This document shows, in pieces, positions 39,630-50,275 of a stretch of DNA of 64,000 nucleotides. Origin of the DNA: Chiloscyllium plagiosum (lineage: Eukaryota); contig NC_057752.1 in assembly GCF_004010195.1 (NCBI RefSeq), positions 11,704,693-11,768,692 on the forward strand, read 5' to 3'. The position numbers were made by a program, and so were the translations under genes. Numbering within the stretch: position 1 is the stretch's first letter; each line of letters begins with the position of its first letter. The notes under the pieces are model-generated. The model saw only the letters and a program-made list of their open reading frames with translations. It did not search any database and had not been told where the DNA came from.

Positions 39630-41274
39630 AGTGGGAATTATGGCAGAACCACGGGCAAAATGCATCTCGACATTAGGCCCACATCACTGAATCCTTTATG
39701 CACTTCCCAAGTGGCAAGGTCAGTTTCTCACTGGGCAGCAATGAGTTCCCATTTGAGCATGATTATAACTTGTTAAATGCTTTATTAGTGCCACAACGTG
39801 CCTCAGTAGTGTTCAATCTCCTATCTTCCTAAGTGTGTCAAACGAGCAAGATTTTGGCAATTCTCGACATGGAAATCAGAATTGGCATACTTGAACCCAC
39901 TGCTTGCTTCAAAAGACCTCCTTGTTGGACACCAGGCACACTCCATGGGTGCGAGCCGTGCACACATCTCTTATCTGTGGACATTGGCATCTGACAAGCA
40001 CCACTTTCCAAGAACCCTCATGGCATATTTTTGGTCCACTTATAGGGCGCTCCTACACTTCATTGATACACCAGCAATTAACATTGTAATGCTGCTGCGA
40101 AGCGGCTGTGTGCTCAGGGACATACACCCAATCCATGGACTAGTCCAGGCTGCATCTCTGACTCTTCACTTATTCTCATCACGCTCCTTTAATCTGCCTG
40201 AATGCTCACAGCATCCTTGCTTTGTCTTGCTTTTTTGCACTTTGTCCCCTCAGGCAGAGACACCAGCTCACTACTATTGTGTTGGCATGCTATTTAGAGC
40301 GTACATACAAAGGCAGAAAGCTTGTTGTTGTCAGCCATCCTCAGTCAAGTCAAGGGAGAGAACCTACACCTGGGGTCCTGGTCACAGCAAGTTAAGAGCA
40401 GCCAGTGATACTTGTCCAGGGGCTTGAACATGGTCAGTCAGTCACAAAGGATAGTCAAAGTCAGGATGCTGTCCAAATACAGGCCACCACTCATCTTGAG
40501 TTTCTCTGCCCTGTTGTGAGCTTTCCTTTTCCTGCAATGAGAGAGTGGTGGGTATTGAGGGACATTAAAATGTGGGCACAGGTGGGGAGATGTCCCCGGC
40601 AAGTGAGGAGGCAACCCAGTGGCCATGCAGAGTTAGAGGTGTTGGGGTTGGGGTGGGTAAGAACAAGTAAGGGAAGACATTACAGACAATAGCGAGTGTA
40701 CTAGAGCATGAGCCTTGGTGGGAGATAGGTAAATTATCATACAAATCGTGACTCTCATGCTGGCTAGGTAGAGATGAGCATTGACCACCTTCCTACAATG
40801 ATGGGATTCCTCCAGGTGACTAATACTGCACTGACCGTGGTGGTAACCTGGGACCAGGCTGGCATGGTCTGCCCTTGTGGTGTCTGCTGGACCTGGAAAA
40901 ACAGGATGTCCTGCTTGTGTACTCCCTGTCTGGTAGGACCTCCAGGTTCCTGCCAGCAAAGCTTCATTTGTCTACCATGTCTGGGGTAAATGTCAGGAAC
41001 CATGCCTGAATGGTGCTTCTGTGGACGTGCAACAGACTTTTAAATGTGTCAGCAGTGCCAGTGAATTCCAGGATATCCTGGCAGTGGCAAGCTGTTTCGG
41101 GAATGGTGTATGGTAAAATGGGACTACAGGCATGATGGGTGCCAGAGTAGCAGATTAGTTAATTAATGGGTGAGTTCAGTAAGGTATGGTGAGAAACCTC
41201 AGTGCCTCGCAGCGATAAAACCTCCGAGAATCTCGTCACAACTTGCTCTTCGTCAAAAAAAATAAGATTCAGCC
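39630..41274 (-). mobile_element. PIF/Harbinger-like DNA transposon remnant with a Myb/SANT-like pseudo-ORF
   Basis: Minus strand 40760-40975 reads, with frameshifts, NLEVL..KQDILF..QTMPAWSQVTTTVSAV..RN..CRKVVN. Terminus GGGCTGAATCTT. Left boundary uncertain. Confidence 0.6.
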
Positions 41275-41642
41275 CTGGAAAATGATGCCAATTAACTGCA
41301 GGAAGCTCGGAATTGGTTGTTTGACACTCTGATCTGTTTTAGCACCATTGCAAGATGGTTTGATAATATCGATTGGAGAGGACTATTTCTCTTTGTTTCA
41401 CAAAGCTAAAGTAGAAGTGGGATGGTTTGTATTTTAGTTAAATAAGTTAACAGTTCCTTACCTGTCCTTACCAGCTGCTGTGAGTGAGACCTGAGCTTTC
41501 AGTAAGATTTCTTATATTCATCTGCTTTTAACTCATTTGACAGCATGTGGACTTTTTTTTGAGTTTGAATTTGATTTATTGTTGTCACACATACCAAGAT
41601 ACCGTGAAATTTCCAAGACTAACTATTCTTATTTGTTGAAAG

Positions 41643-41774
41643 GTTCATGCTAAGTGGATAATGGACACTGATACTTTTAATGAATGGATGAATGAGGAGG
41701 ACTATGAGGTGAATGATGACCGGGCACCTGTTGTTCGAAGGAAGAGAATTTCTGCCAAGACATTAACAGAAGAG
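41643..41774 (+). CDS. SMARCC2: SMARCC2 exon 9 (132 nt)
   Basis: gttgaaag|...|gtaatt. Encodes [44 protein letters not shown]. Confidence 0.95.
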
Positions 41775-41834
41775 GTAATTTTTACTGTTGTCCAATTTCC
41801 TTCCTTTATAACCAGTCAGTGATTGGTAGTTTTG

Positions 41835-42053
41835 GGAGAAAGTGAGGACTGCTGATGCTGGAGATCAGAGCTGAAAATGTGTTGCTGGAAAAGCGCAGCA
41901 GGTCAGGCAGCATCCATTCCTGAAGAAGGGCTCATGCCCGAAACGTCGATTCTCCTGCTGATTCCTGAAGAAGGGCTCATGCCCGAAATGTCGATTCTCC
42001 TGCTCCTTGGATGCTGCCTGACCTGCTGCGCTTTTCCAGCAACACATTTTCAG
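41835..42053. mobile_element. Family A inverted-repeat PLE-derived element with tandem hammerheads
   Basis: Perfect 46-bp arms at 41871-41916 and 42008-42053. TSD core GTAGTTTTG at 41826-41834 and 42058-42066. Confidence 0.9.
41916..41996 (+). ncRNA. Tandem pair of minimal hammerhead ribozyme motifs
   Basis: attc-CTGAAGA-A-GGGC tcat GCCC-GAAA-CGTC/TGTC-gatt occurs twice with a 45-nt period. Predicted cleavage after 41947 and 41992. Confidence 0.72.
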
Positions 42054-42552
42054 TGATGTAGTTTTGCTCAATATTGTCTGTTTTTTCCTCAAGATTGTCC
42101 TCTAGATATTTTTCCTCAAGGTAGTTGTTTTAAATTAGATATACTTCAATAAAAACAGATCACTGGAAGTTTTCAGAAGAGATGTTCACTATCATCTATT
42201 ATTTGAGAATAAATCATTTGGTAAATAAATGTGTACCAATTCAAAGCTTAAAGAATCAAATACTGGAGCTTTTTTCATTGCTTTCCCAACAAAATTCAGT
42301 CACTCAATTCTTTATTTGTTCACAGCCATTATCCAGCAGCAGCAAGAAGTTTCTTTTAGGAACTACTTCTGGATTTTGTTCCACCTTAGCCATTGGGCGA
42401 TATGCTTTCACTGACGAACTTCACTTCTTCTGTAACTGAGAGGCATTTCTTGTCTAGAAGTGTAATTACATTTGGTGATTTAGTGCTTTCTGATAGGATG
42501 AGGTTTCACTGGTTATGTGAAAAATTAGTGACTCCTAAACCTTTATTCCAAG

Positions 42553-42668
42553 GTGCACAGCCCAGACTCAGATCGGAGAGATAAGAAGGGAAGCAGTCAC
42601 AAAAAACGGAAACGTTCGCCTTCTCCTTCACCAACTCCAGACTCCAAGAAAAAGAACACCAAAAAAGG
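42553..42668 (+). CDS. SMARCC2: SMARCC2 exon 10 (116 nt), basic NLS-like region
   Basis: ttccaag|...|gtgagg. Encodes [38 protein letters not shown](G). Confidence 0.95.
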
Positions 42669-44039
42669 GTGAGGCACTTCCCTTGTCTCGGGAAATTATT
42701 GTTTATTTTAAAGTTAGAAATGTTAAAAGCTTTTGTTTTGATCATATGTGAATTTATTATGCAAAATTTAGAAAGGTATGCCAGCATTCACATCCCCATG
42801 CTGCTAGCCCAAGATATTATGATAAACACATTTACACAGTTATACCATTCAAAGGATTTCAAAGTATGAAACACTTGGAAAAAAAAAGGCAATATGATGT
42901 GACCGTTATACATTCAGGTCCCCACTGTGACTCCTTTTCAAAAATTGCAAGTGGAAAACTGTATGAGATTTTTGGGATTGAAGAAGTTTAAAGGAGCAAG
43001 TTGTTAGATTTTGATCTGGTGTTAAATTTCAGTGCTCAAAAACAATCTGAATCTTTTCAATCTTGTTACTCCAAATTGCTGGAGAACATGTCACTGCCCT
43101 TGCATGTCCTGTCCTGTTTTAAAAACTGGCAGCAGCCAAAATGTATTATTCATAAAAATTATATTTTGGGGTGCTAGTATCTTGTGACAGTCTCCAAATG
43201 TTGTAATACACTGTCTGAAAAGGCTTCCCAGGAAGTTTCCTTCAAAGCAAGAGTCGTGTTTTTGGGCAAATGTAAGGAGTAATTGAAAGTGTTACTGGAG
43301 TAGTTCTGTGTTCAGGTTATTAATACACTGAAATACTAAAAGACTTATAGACATTGTCACATTTTCGAGTATCATATATGCAAAGTGTACATCACATCTT
43401 TAATTGGCTCAAATCTGACTATGAAAAACATCAAATTGTTATAAATTGAATAATATTGGTCATCTGAAATATTATTGAAAAGGTCATAGAAGTGGTAATG
43501 ATGAATGAGTAAGTAATTCCCAATAAACAAGCAACGAGGAGGAGAAGGGGAACTACTTCAGTTATACAAAATACTTTGAGAGCGGGGAGGAAGCCTTTTG
43601 GCCGCCATCTTTGCTTTGTAAAATAAGATTTAAAACACAACAAACAGACAAATAATTCCTGACCAAAGCTGTGAATTAAAGAATTCCCCACCACCTTGGA
43701 AGAACAACAGATTTGTTCACAGAGACATTACACTTGGAAAACTAGAGCTTGACTTCGCTCAATTCCTGGAGGTTGCTGTCTTCGCCTGGACTGTTTTGGT
43801 ATTACCGCATGTACAGCCTTCATGTCCCATGAAGAAAGAGGAGCATTCTTGGGCTGTTCATGTTGCATTTATGATGTCCTTGCAAATCTCAAAGTGCACA
43901 TTTAATAATATTCATAATCTATCCATCTATTAGCAGTGGTGTCATCACGCCATTGAATACATGAATTTACTGTACAACAGGGATGTTACGTAAATTGAAT
44001 TATCAGGCCTACTAATTTAACACATCTTCCCCAACTCTT

Positions 44040-44400
44040 TCTGTGTCATGCACAGCATGCCTACTTTATCTTGCACTTTCTCTTTTCCATTGTTACTCTC
44101 TGTCTCCATCTCCCTCTCCCTCTGTCGTATTCCACATCCTCTGTGCCTTTTTTTTACACTTCTCTGGCTTTCTTCTATTTCTTTCTGTGTTGTCATTTAT
44201 CTTTCTCACTCATTCTACCTCACCCTTTTTCTCTCGCTCTTTTTGTGCTTCATGATTTCTGTATTTCTGTCACTCCCTCTGTCTTCCGACTTTGTCTTTC
44301 TCTTTTGTTGTCTCTGATCCCCTGTGATATAACCTTGTTATCCAGTCTACCATGTGGAATGTTGTTGAGCCTTTTTTAACCTCTCTCCTACTTCCTCTAT
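44040..44400. repeat. Pyrimidine-rich low-complexity tract
   Basis: CT-rich sequence producing spurious F/S/L-rich ORFs. Confidence 0.8.
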
Positions 44401-45054
44401 CTGAGTACTCATATATTTACTAGAAAAGCAAAAGGTTTATATCTGTAGTGAAGCCAAAACAAAATAGGAGGGATTTTTCAGTGGACAAAAATAAATCCTT
44501 CATTTTGGCATTGTAAGTTCAACAGATCTAGTTTTTTTCCTGAGGTAAACCCAAAATAGTTTAATTAAGCCACAAAGAATGATTGAAGTGTAAAATTATC
44601 TTAGGAGGTCAAAAGAAAATTTGTTGTCCAGTGTACTTTGCAAGAAGTTCTGAGCTGAGATAAACAACAGGACAAAATTGCTGTTAATGTCCTGTGAGAA
44701 ATTGTGTACTTCACATACACACTCTAGGAAGCCAAGGTCTTCATGTAGAAACTTTAATGAAAATACTTAAATGAAAAAAACTTTATGGCCAAGCACAGTT
44801 GTTAATTTGGAAGTAATTATACTTAAGAGCATACAAATTGGGAGCAGGAGTTGGTCATTTGACCTATCGAGCCTGTCTGCCATTTGATAAATTCACAGTT
44901 GCTCTGATTTGGCTTATATTTTCCTGTCTACCCTTTATACCCTTTTACACCTTTGTCAGTCAAGATTTTATCTCACTTAGCCTTTAAAATATGCAATAAC
45001 CTTGCCATAAGCTTTTCTCTGGAAGAGAATTTCACAGACTATGGGAAGACAATG

Positions 45055-45295
45055 GCCCCCTGGTATTATATCTTGACTAGTTTTCCAGAGACTCAGGTAA
45101 TATCCTAGAGACGTGGATTCAATTCCCACAATGGTCGAATTTGAATTCAATAAAAATCTAGAATTAAGAGTCTGATGATGATCAAAACCCATCTGGTTCA
45201 CTAATGGCCTTTAAGGAAAGAATCTGCCATCTGGGCAATCAAGGATGGGGAACAAATGCTGGGTTAGCCAGCAATGCCTACTTCCCATGAATGAC
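45055..45295 (+). mobile_element. tRNA-head SINE-like element sharing the tail of the 8722-9390 LINE family
   Basis: B-box-like GGATTCAATTCC. Tail AAATGCTGG...GCCAGC..GCC.AC.TCCCATGAATG also at 4955-5070 (-), 28833-28960 (-) and 52755-52865 (+). Confidence 0.6.
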
Positions 45296-45980
45296 TTTCA
45301 AAAATGGATTAAGGACTTTTGGAGGAAAAAATGTTCTTGCCTCTACCTTCAAAGGGAGATTCTTTATTTTTACAAAAATGTCCCATGGTTTTTTCAGCAT
45401 CCATTCTGTCACGTCCCTTCAAGATCTTGCATGTTTCAAAATCACCTGTCATTCTTCTCAATTCCAATGAATGCAACCTAACCAGTTTGATTATACCTCA
45501 CTGGATAATCACTTCATCCTTGAAATCAATGGAGTAAATCTCTAATGTAAAACATAAGAATGGGGGATGCTGGAAATCTGAAACAAAAACAGAAATTTTG
45601 TAAAAATTCATCAAGTCTGGCAACATCTGCGAAGAGAAAAGAGTTGATGTTTAAAGTCCAGTGACCTTTCTCCAGAACTTTATAGCATTCAGGAAAATGT
45701 AATATTTAATTTGATGGTGGAAGTGGTTGGGACGGGGGGGTGGGGGGCAGGCTTGAGCTGATAGGTGAAGATGGTGCTTCGAGAGAGAGAGAATAACGAA
45801 GAGGATTGTTCCATTTTTTAATGCTGCTTTCCTGCGGGTTTACATTTTTCCCACATGCTACTCCATTTGACAAATCTTTGCCTACAGTCTTATTTGTGTA
45901 TCCCTTTGCAGATGCCTTATGTCCCCTTCACAACTTATACTCTTTGTGTCTGTTTTATCAGTCAACCTAGCAACCATGTA

Positions 45981-46340
45981 CAGTAAACTTTTTATTAACC
46001 AGCACCTATGGGAGCAGGAGTATGCTGATTGATCAAATATTCCAGTTGATCAAGAGATCCACATAATCAATATGTAAACACACTGTAAGTAATAGAAACG
46101 TAATTCAAGGGGTGAACACATCACTTTATTTACAGCATAAATCACTTAAATAATAATGCAGCTTTGCCTTAAATAAAGCTTAGTGGCAAAGAGCCTTCTC
46201 ATTTACACCCTCAGTTGACTCTTTAGACACTATGAAGATTGCGCTAGTACAATTAACTTCTAATGTTTGAGGTATATAATTTTTGCCATTTATCAAGAGT
46301 GCTGGTTCATAAGGTACCAGTTAAAACAAAGTTTGCTCTG
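45981..46340. mobile_element. Tigger-like MITE nested in an old minus-strand CR1 (about 45800-47240)
   Basis: TA|CAGTAAACTT...AAGTTTGCTCTG|TA. Confidence 0.7.
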
Positions 46341-47262
46341 TATTTGGTCCCTACATCCAAATAATTGATATAGATTGTGAACAGTAGATCCCTGTGGCAC
46401 TCCACTAGTTACAGCTTTCTAACCCGAAATTGACCTATTCATGCTTACACTATGAACTCTTATTCTGTGCAGCAACATTTGATGTGGCAACTTATCAAAT
46501 GCTTTTGAAAATTCATCACACATCTACGGGTTTCCGTCTGTGCATGTTGCTTGTAATTCCTCAAAGAACATGAATAAGTAATTCAACCATGATTTCTCTT
46601 TCACAAAGCCATGTTGACTGCCTGATTGCAATAAGATTTCTGAAATGCCTTGCTATAACCTCCTGAATAATAGTTTCTGGTATTTTCACAGATGTTGGCT
46701 AACCGCCCGATAGTTTCCTTTCTGACCCCCTCCTTCCTTGAATAGAAGAATTTAATTTTTTTACTTTGAAGACACCTTGTCAGAATCTAGGGAATTTTGA
46801 AAAATTAGAATCAATGCATCTACTATCTCAGCAGTTACTTCTTTTAAGACCCTGGAATGAAGTCTGTCAGATCTGGGGTCTTGTCAAGTTTTGGTTCTAA
46901 ACATTTTCTCAGTACCCTTTTCCTTGTGAATGTAATTGTTTTAAGTTCCTCCCTCCTTTTTATAACTTGATTTTATGGATGATATTTGTGTTTTTTGTAG
47001 TAAAGACAGGTGTGAAATATCAGTTCAGTACTTGTTTCCCAAATTAATTCAGCAGACTTGGTCTCTGGAGGACCAACACTCACTCAAGTCCTCCTTTTCC
47101 TTTGTGAACTACTTATAAAACCTCTAACTGTTATATTTGTTGCTCGCTTTTTCTCATACTGTATTTTTTTCCCCTCTGCTTTTTATTGTCATTCTTTGCT
47201 GGTTTTAAAATTCTGTCCAATCTTCTGATCTATCACTAACTTTTGCTAAATTGTCCACTTTC

Positions 47263-48226
47263 AAAGAACATAGAACAGTACAGCCCCTTCAGCCCTCACT
47301 GTTGTGCCACCCTTTTATCCTACTATAAGATCAAACTAACCTGCATACCCTACATTTTACTATCAACCATGTGCCCATCTAAGAGTCACTTAAATGTCCC
47401 TAATGTATCTGACTCTACTACCACTGCTGGTGCGTTCCACACATCCACCACTCTTTGTGTAAAGAACCTACCTCTGACATCTCCCTCAAATCTTCCTCCA
47501 ATCATCGTAAAATTATGCTCCATGGTGATAGCCATTTCCGTCCTGGGAAAAAGTTTCTGGGAATCCACTCTATCCATGTCTCTCATCATCTCGTACACCT
47601 CTATCAACTCACCTCTCATCCTTCTTCACTGCAATGAGAAAAGTCCTAGCTCTGTAGAGCGGCATGGTGGCTCAGTGGTCAGCACTGCTGCCTCACAGTG
47701 CCAGGGACCCGGATTCGATTCCAGTTTTGGGCGACTGTCTGTGTGGAGTTTGTACATTCTCCCAGTCTCTGTGTGGGTTTCCTCCAGGTGCTCCAGTTTC
47801 CTCCCACAGTCCAGAATGTGCAGGTCAGGTGAATTGGCCATGCAAAATTGCCCGTAGTGTTAGGTACGTTAGTTAAAGGGAAATGGGTCTTGGTGGGTTA
47901 CTCTTCGGAGGGTCAGTGTGGACTTGTTGGGCCAAAGGGCCTGTTTCCACACTGTAGGGAACCTAATCTAATCTAATCCCTCAACCTTTCTTCATAAGAC
48001 ATGCCCTCCAGTCCAGGCAGCATCCCAGTAAATCTCCTCTGCACCCTCTCTAAAGCTTTCACATCCTTCCAATAATGAGGTGACCAGAACTGAACACAAT
48101 ATTGCAAGTGTGGTCTAACCAAGGCTCTGTAGAGCTCAGCATAATCTTGCAGCTCGTAAACTCAATCCCCCTGCGAATGAAAGCCAACACACCATATACC
48201 GTTCTTAACAATCCTATCAACTTGGG
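47263..48226 (-). mobile_element. CR1 3' part, interrupted by HE1
   Basis: Encodes MRGELIEVYEMMR...FFTQRVVDVWN. Confidence 0.9.
47657..47976 (+). mobile_element. HE1-type V-SINE
   Basis: A/B boxes, V domain, (AATCT)n tail. Confidence 0.92.
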
Positions 48227-48227
48227 T

Positions 48228-49737
48228 AGGCGAAAGTGGGTACTGCAGATGCTGGAGATCAGAGTCAAGATTAGAGTGGTGCTGGAAAAGCAGCACATCA
48301 GGCAGCATCCGAGATGCAGGAAAATCGACATTTCGGACAAAAGTCCTTCATCAGGAATGAGGCTGGGAGCCTTAGGGGTGGAGATATAAATGGGAGGGGG
48401 TGGGGCTGGGCAGAAGGTAGCTGAGAGTGCATTAAGTGGATGGAGGTAAGGGTAAAGGTGATAGGTCGGAGAGGAGGGTGGAGCGGATAGATAGGAAGGA
48501 AGAGGGACAGGCAGGACAGGTCATCAGGATGGTGCTGAGCTGGAAGTTTGGAACTGGGGTAAGGTGGGGGGAGGGGAAATGAGGAAACTGGTGAAGTCCA
48601 CATTGATGCCATGGGGTTGAAGGGTCCCAAGGCAGAAGATGTTCTTCCTGCAGGCGTCGGGTGGTGAGGGAGTGGCGATGGAGGAGGCCCAGGACCTGCA
48701 TGTCCTCAGCAGAGTGGGAAGGGGAGTTGAAATGTTCGGCCATGGGGCGGTGGGGTTGATTGGTGTGGGTGTCCGGGAGATGTTCTCTGAAGCGCTCTGC
48801 GAGTAGGTGTCCAGTCGCCCCGATGTAAAGAAGACCGTATCGGGAGCAACGGATACAATAAATGACGTGTGGAAGTGTCGGTGAAACCTTGATGGATATG
48901 GAAGGCTTCTTTGGGGCCTTGGACGGAGGTGAGGGGGAGGTGTGGGCGCAGGTTTTGCAATTCCTGCGGTGGCAGGTGAAGGTACCATGAGGGGAAGGTG
49001 GCTTGTTAGGGGGCGTAGACCTGGCCAGGCTGTCGCGGAGGGAACGGTCTTTACAGAAAGAGGATGGGGCAAAGGGGGAGGGAAATATTTCTCTGCTGGT
49101 GAGGTCTGTTTGTAGGTGGCGGAAATGTCGGCGGATGATGCAATGTATACGGAGGTTTGTGGGGTGGAAGGTGAGGACCGGGGGTTCTGTCCTTGTTGCG
49201 GTTGGAGGGGTGGGGTTTGAGGGTGGAGGTGCAGGATGTGGATGAGATGCATTGGAGGGCATTGGTGTGTTCTGTGGTGGAATCGGTCTTCCTGGAAGCA
49301 GATGAGGTGGAGGAATTGGGAATAAGGGATAGCGTTTTTACAGGAGGCAGGGTGGGAGGAGGTGTAATCCAGGTAGCTGTGGGAGTCGGTGGATTTGTAG
49401 AAAATGTCAGTGTTGAGTCGGTCACCGTTAATGGAGATGGAGAAGTCCAGGAAGGGGAGAGAGGTGTCAGAGATGGTCCAGATGAATTTTAGGTCTGGGT
49501 GGAATATGTTGGTGGAGTTGATGAATTGTTCAACCTCCTTGTGGGAGCACGAGATGGCACCGATGCAATCGTCAATGTAGCGGAGGAAAAGGTGGGGACT
49601 GATGCTGGTGTAACTCCGGAAGATAGACTGTTCTACGTAGCTGACAAAAAGACAGGCATAGCTGGGGCCCATGCGGGTGCCCATGGCTGCGCCTTTCATC
49701 TGGAGGAAGTGGGAGGATTCGAAGGAGAAATTGTTGT
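48228..49737 (-). mobile_element. Penelope-like element (Neptune-type): RT, Cys linker, GIY-YIG, 3' end with hammerhead
   Basis: GAAMGTRMGPSYA, RYIDD, LPFLD, YLDYTSSHP; CHRRNCKTC linker; VIYCIRC...YIGATG. Frameshifted. Confidence 0.92.
48323..48358 (-). ncRNA. Minimal hammerhead motif at the Neptune-type PLE 3' end
   Basis: attc-CTGATGA-A-GGAC tttt GTCC-GAAA-TGTC-gatt. Confidence 0.68.
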
Positions 49738-49772
49738 GGACCCCAAGATACCTCTGTTCCTCCACACTGCCA

Positions 49773-50275
49773 AGAGTGATGCAGCTGGCCCACCACTCAG
49801 TTTTAAACAAACCAGAATTTATTTACCCACGAACAAAAGAATTTAGAATACCATAAGTATTTGAAACTCAACCGATAGAAAAATGGAACTCAGCAAAAAG
49901 CTGTTCCGATTTCCTGCAACATTCCATAATGTCCCCTTTGCAAAAAAGGTAAAATCAAACACAGGGTCTTACAGGAGAGATGTCAGAGAGAAATTGCAGA
50001 GAAAGTCAGCCAGAAAACTTCTGTTGAATCCAGGAACTTTGTCCTCAGCTAAAACTTGACCAGAAGCTTCAAACAGGCTCCTTGCTAAAACCAAACAAAT
50101 CAAAACCCTGAACTCTGAGCACGGGCCACTCCCCTTTCATTGTACAAGTGCTTTTAAAAGAAACGTGAAAAGCCTTTTCAAGTAAATATTTCCAGACATA
50201 TCGGAACCTCTGCCGTTTACAACCCCTTTTGCAAGAAAATGACAATGTAACTTTGCTAAAGGAGCACATTGTCAC
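49773..50275. mobile_element. Partial solo LTR, same family as 14950-18024
   Basis: Shares GTGATGCAGCTG...TAAAATCAAACACAGGG...TAAAGGAGCA...CA. Confidence 0.65.

Noticed and set aside
44043..44379. Hydrophobic ORFs resembling membrane proteins (also 55101-55440)
   Set aside because: Artefacts of CT-rich low-complexity DNA.
48524..49810. 428-aa ORF as an intact protein
   Set aside because: Chimera of LTR, CR1 and PLE sequence, frameshifted after the RT thumb.
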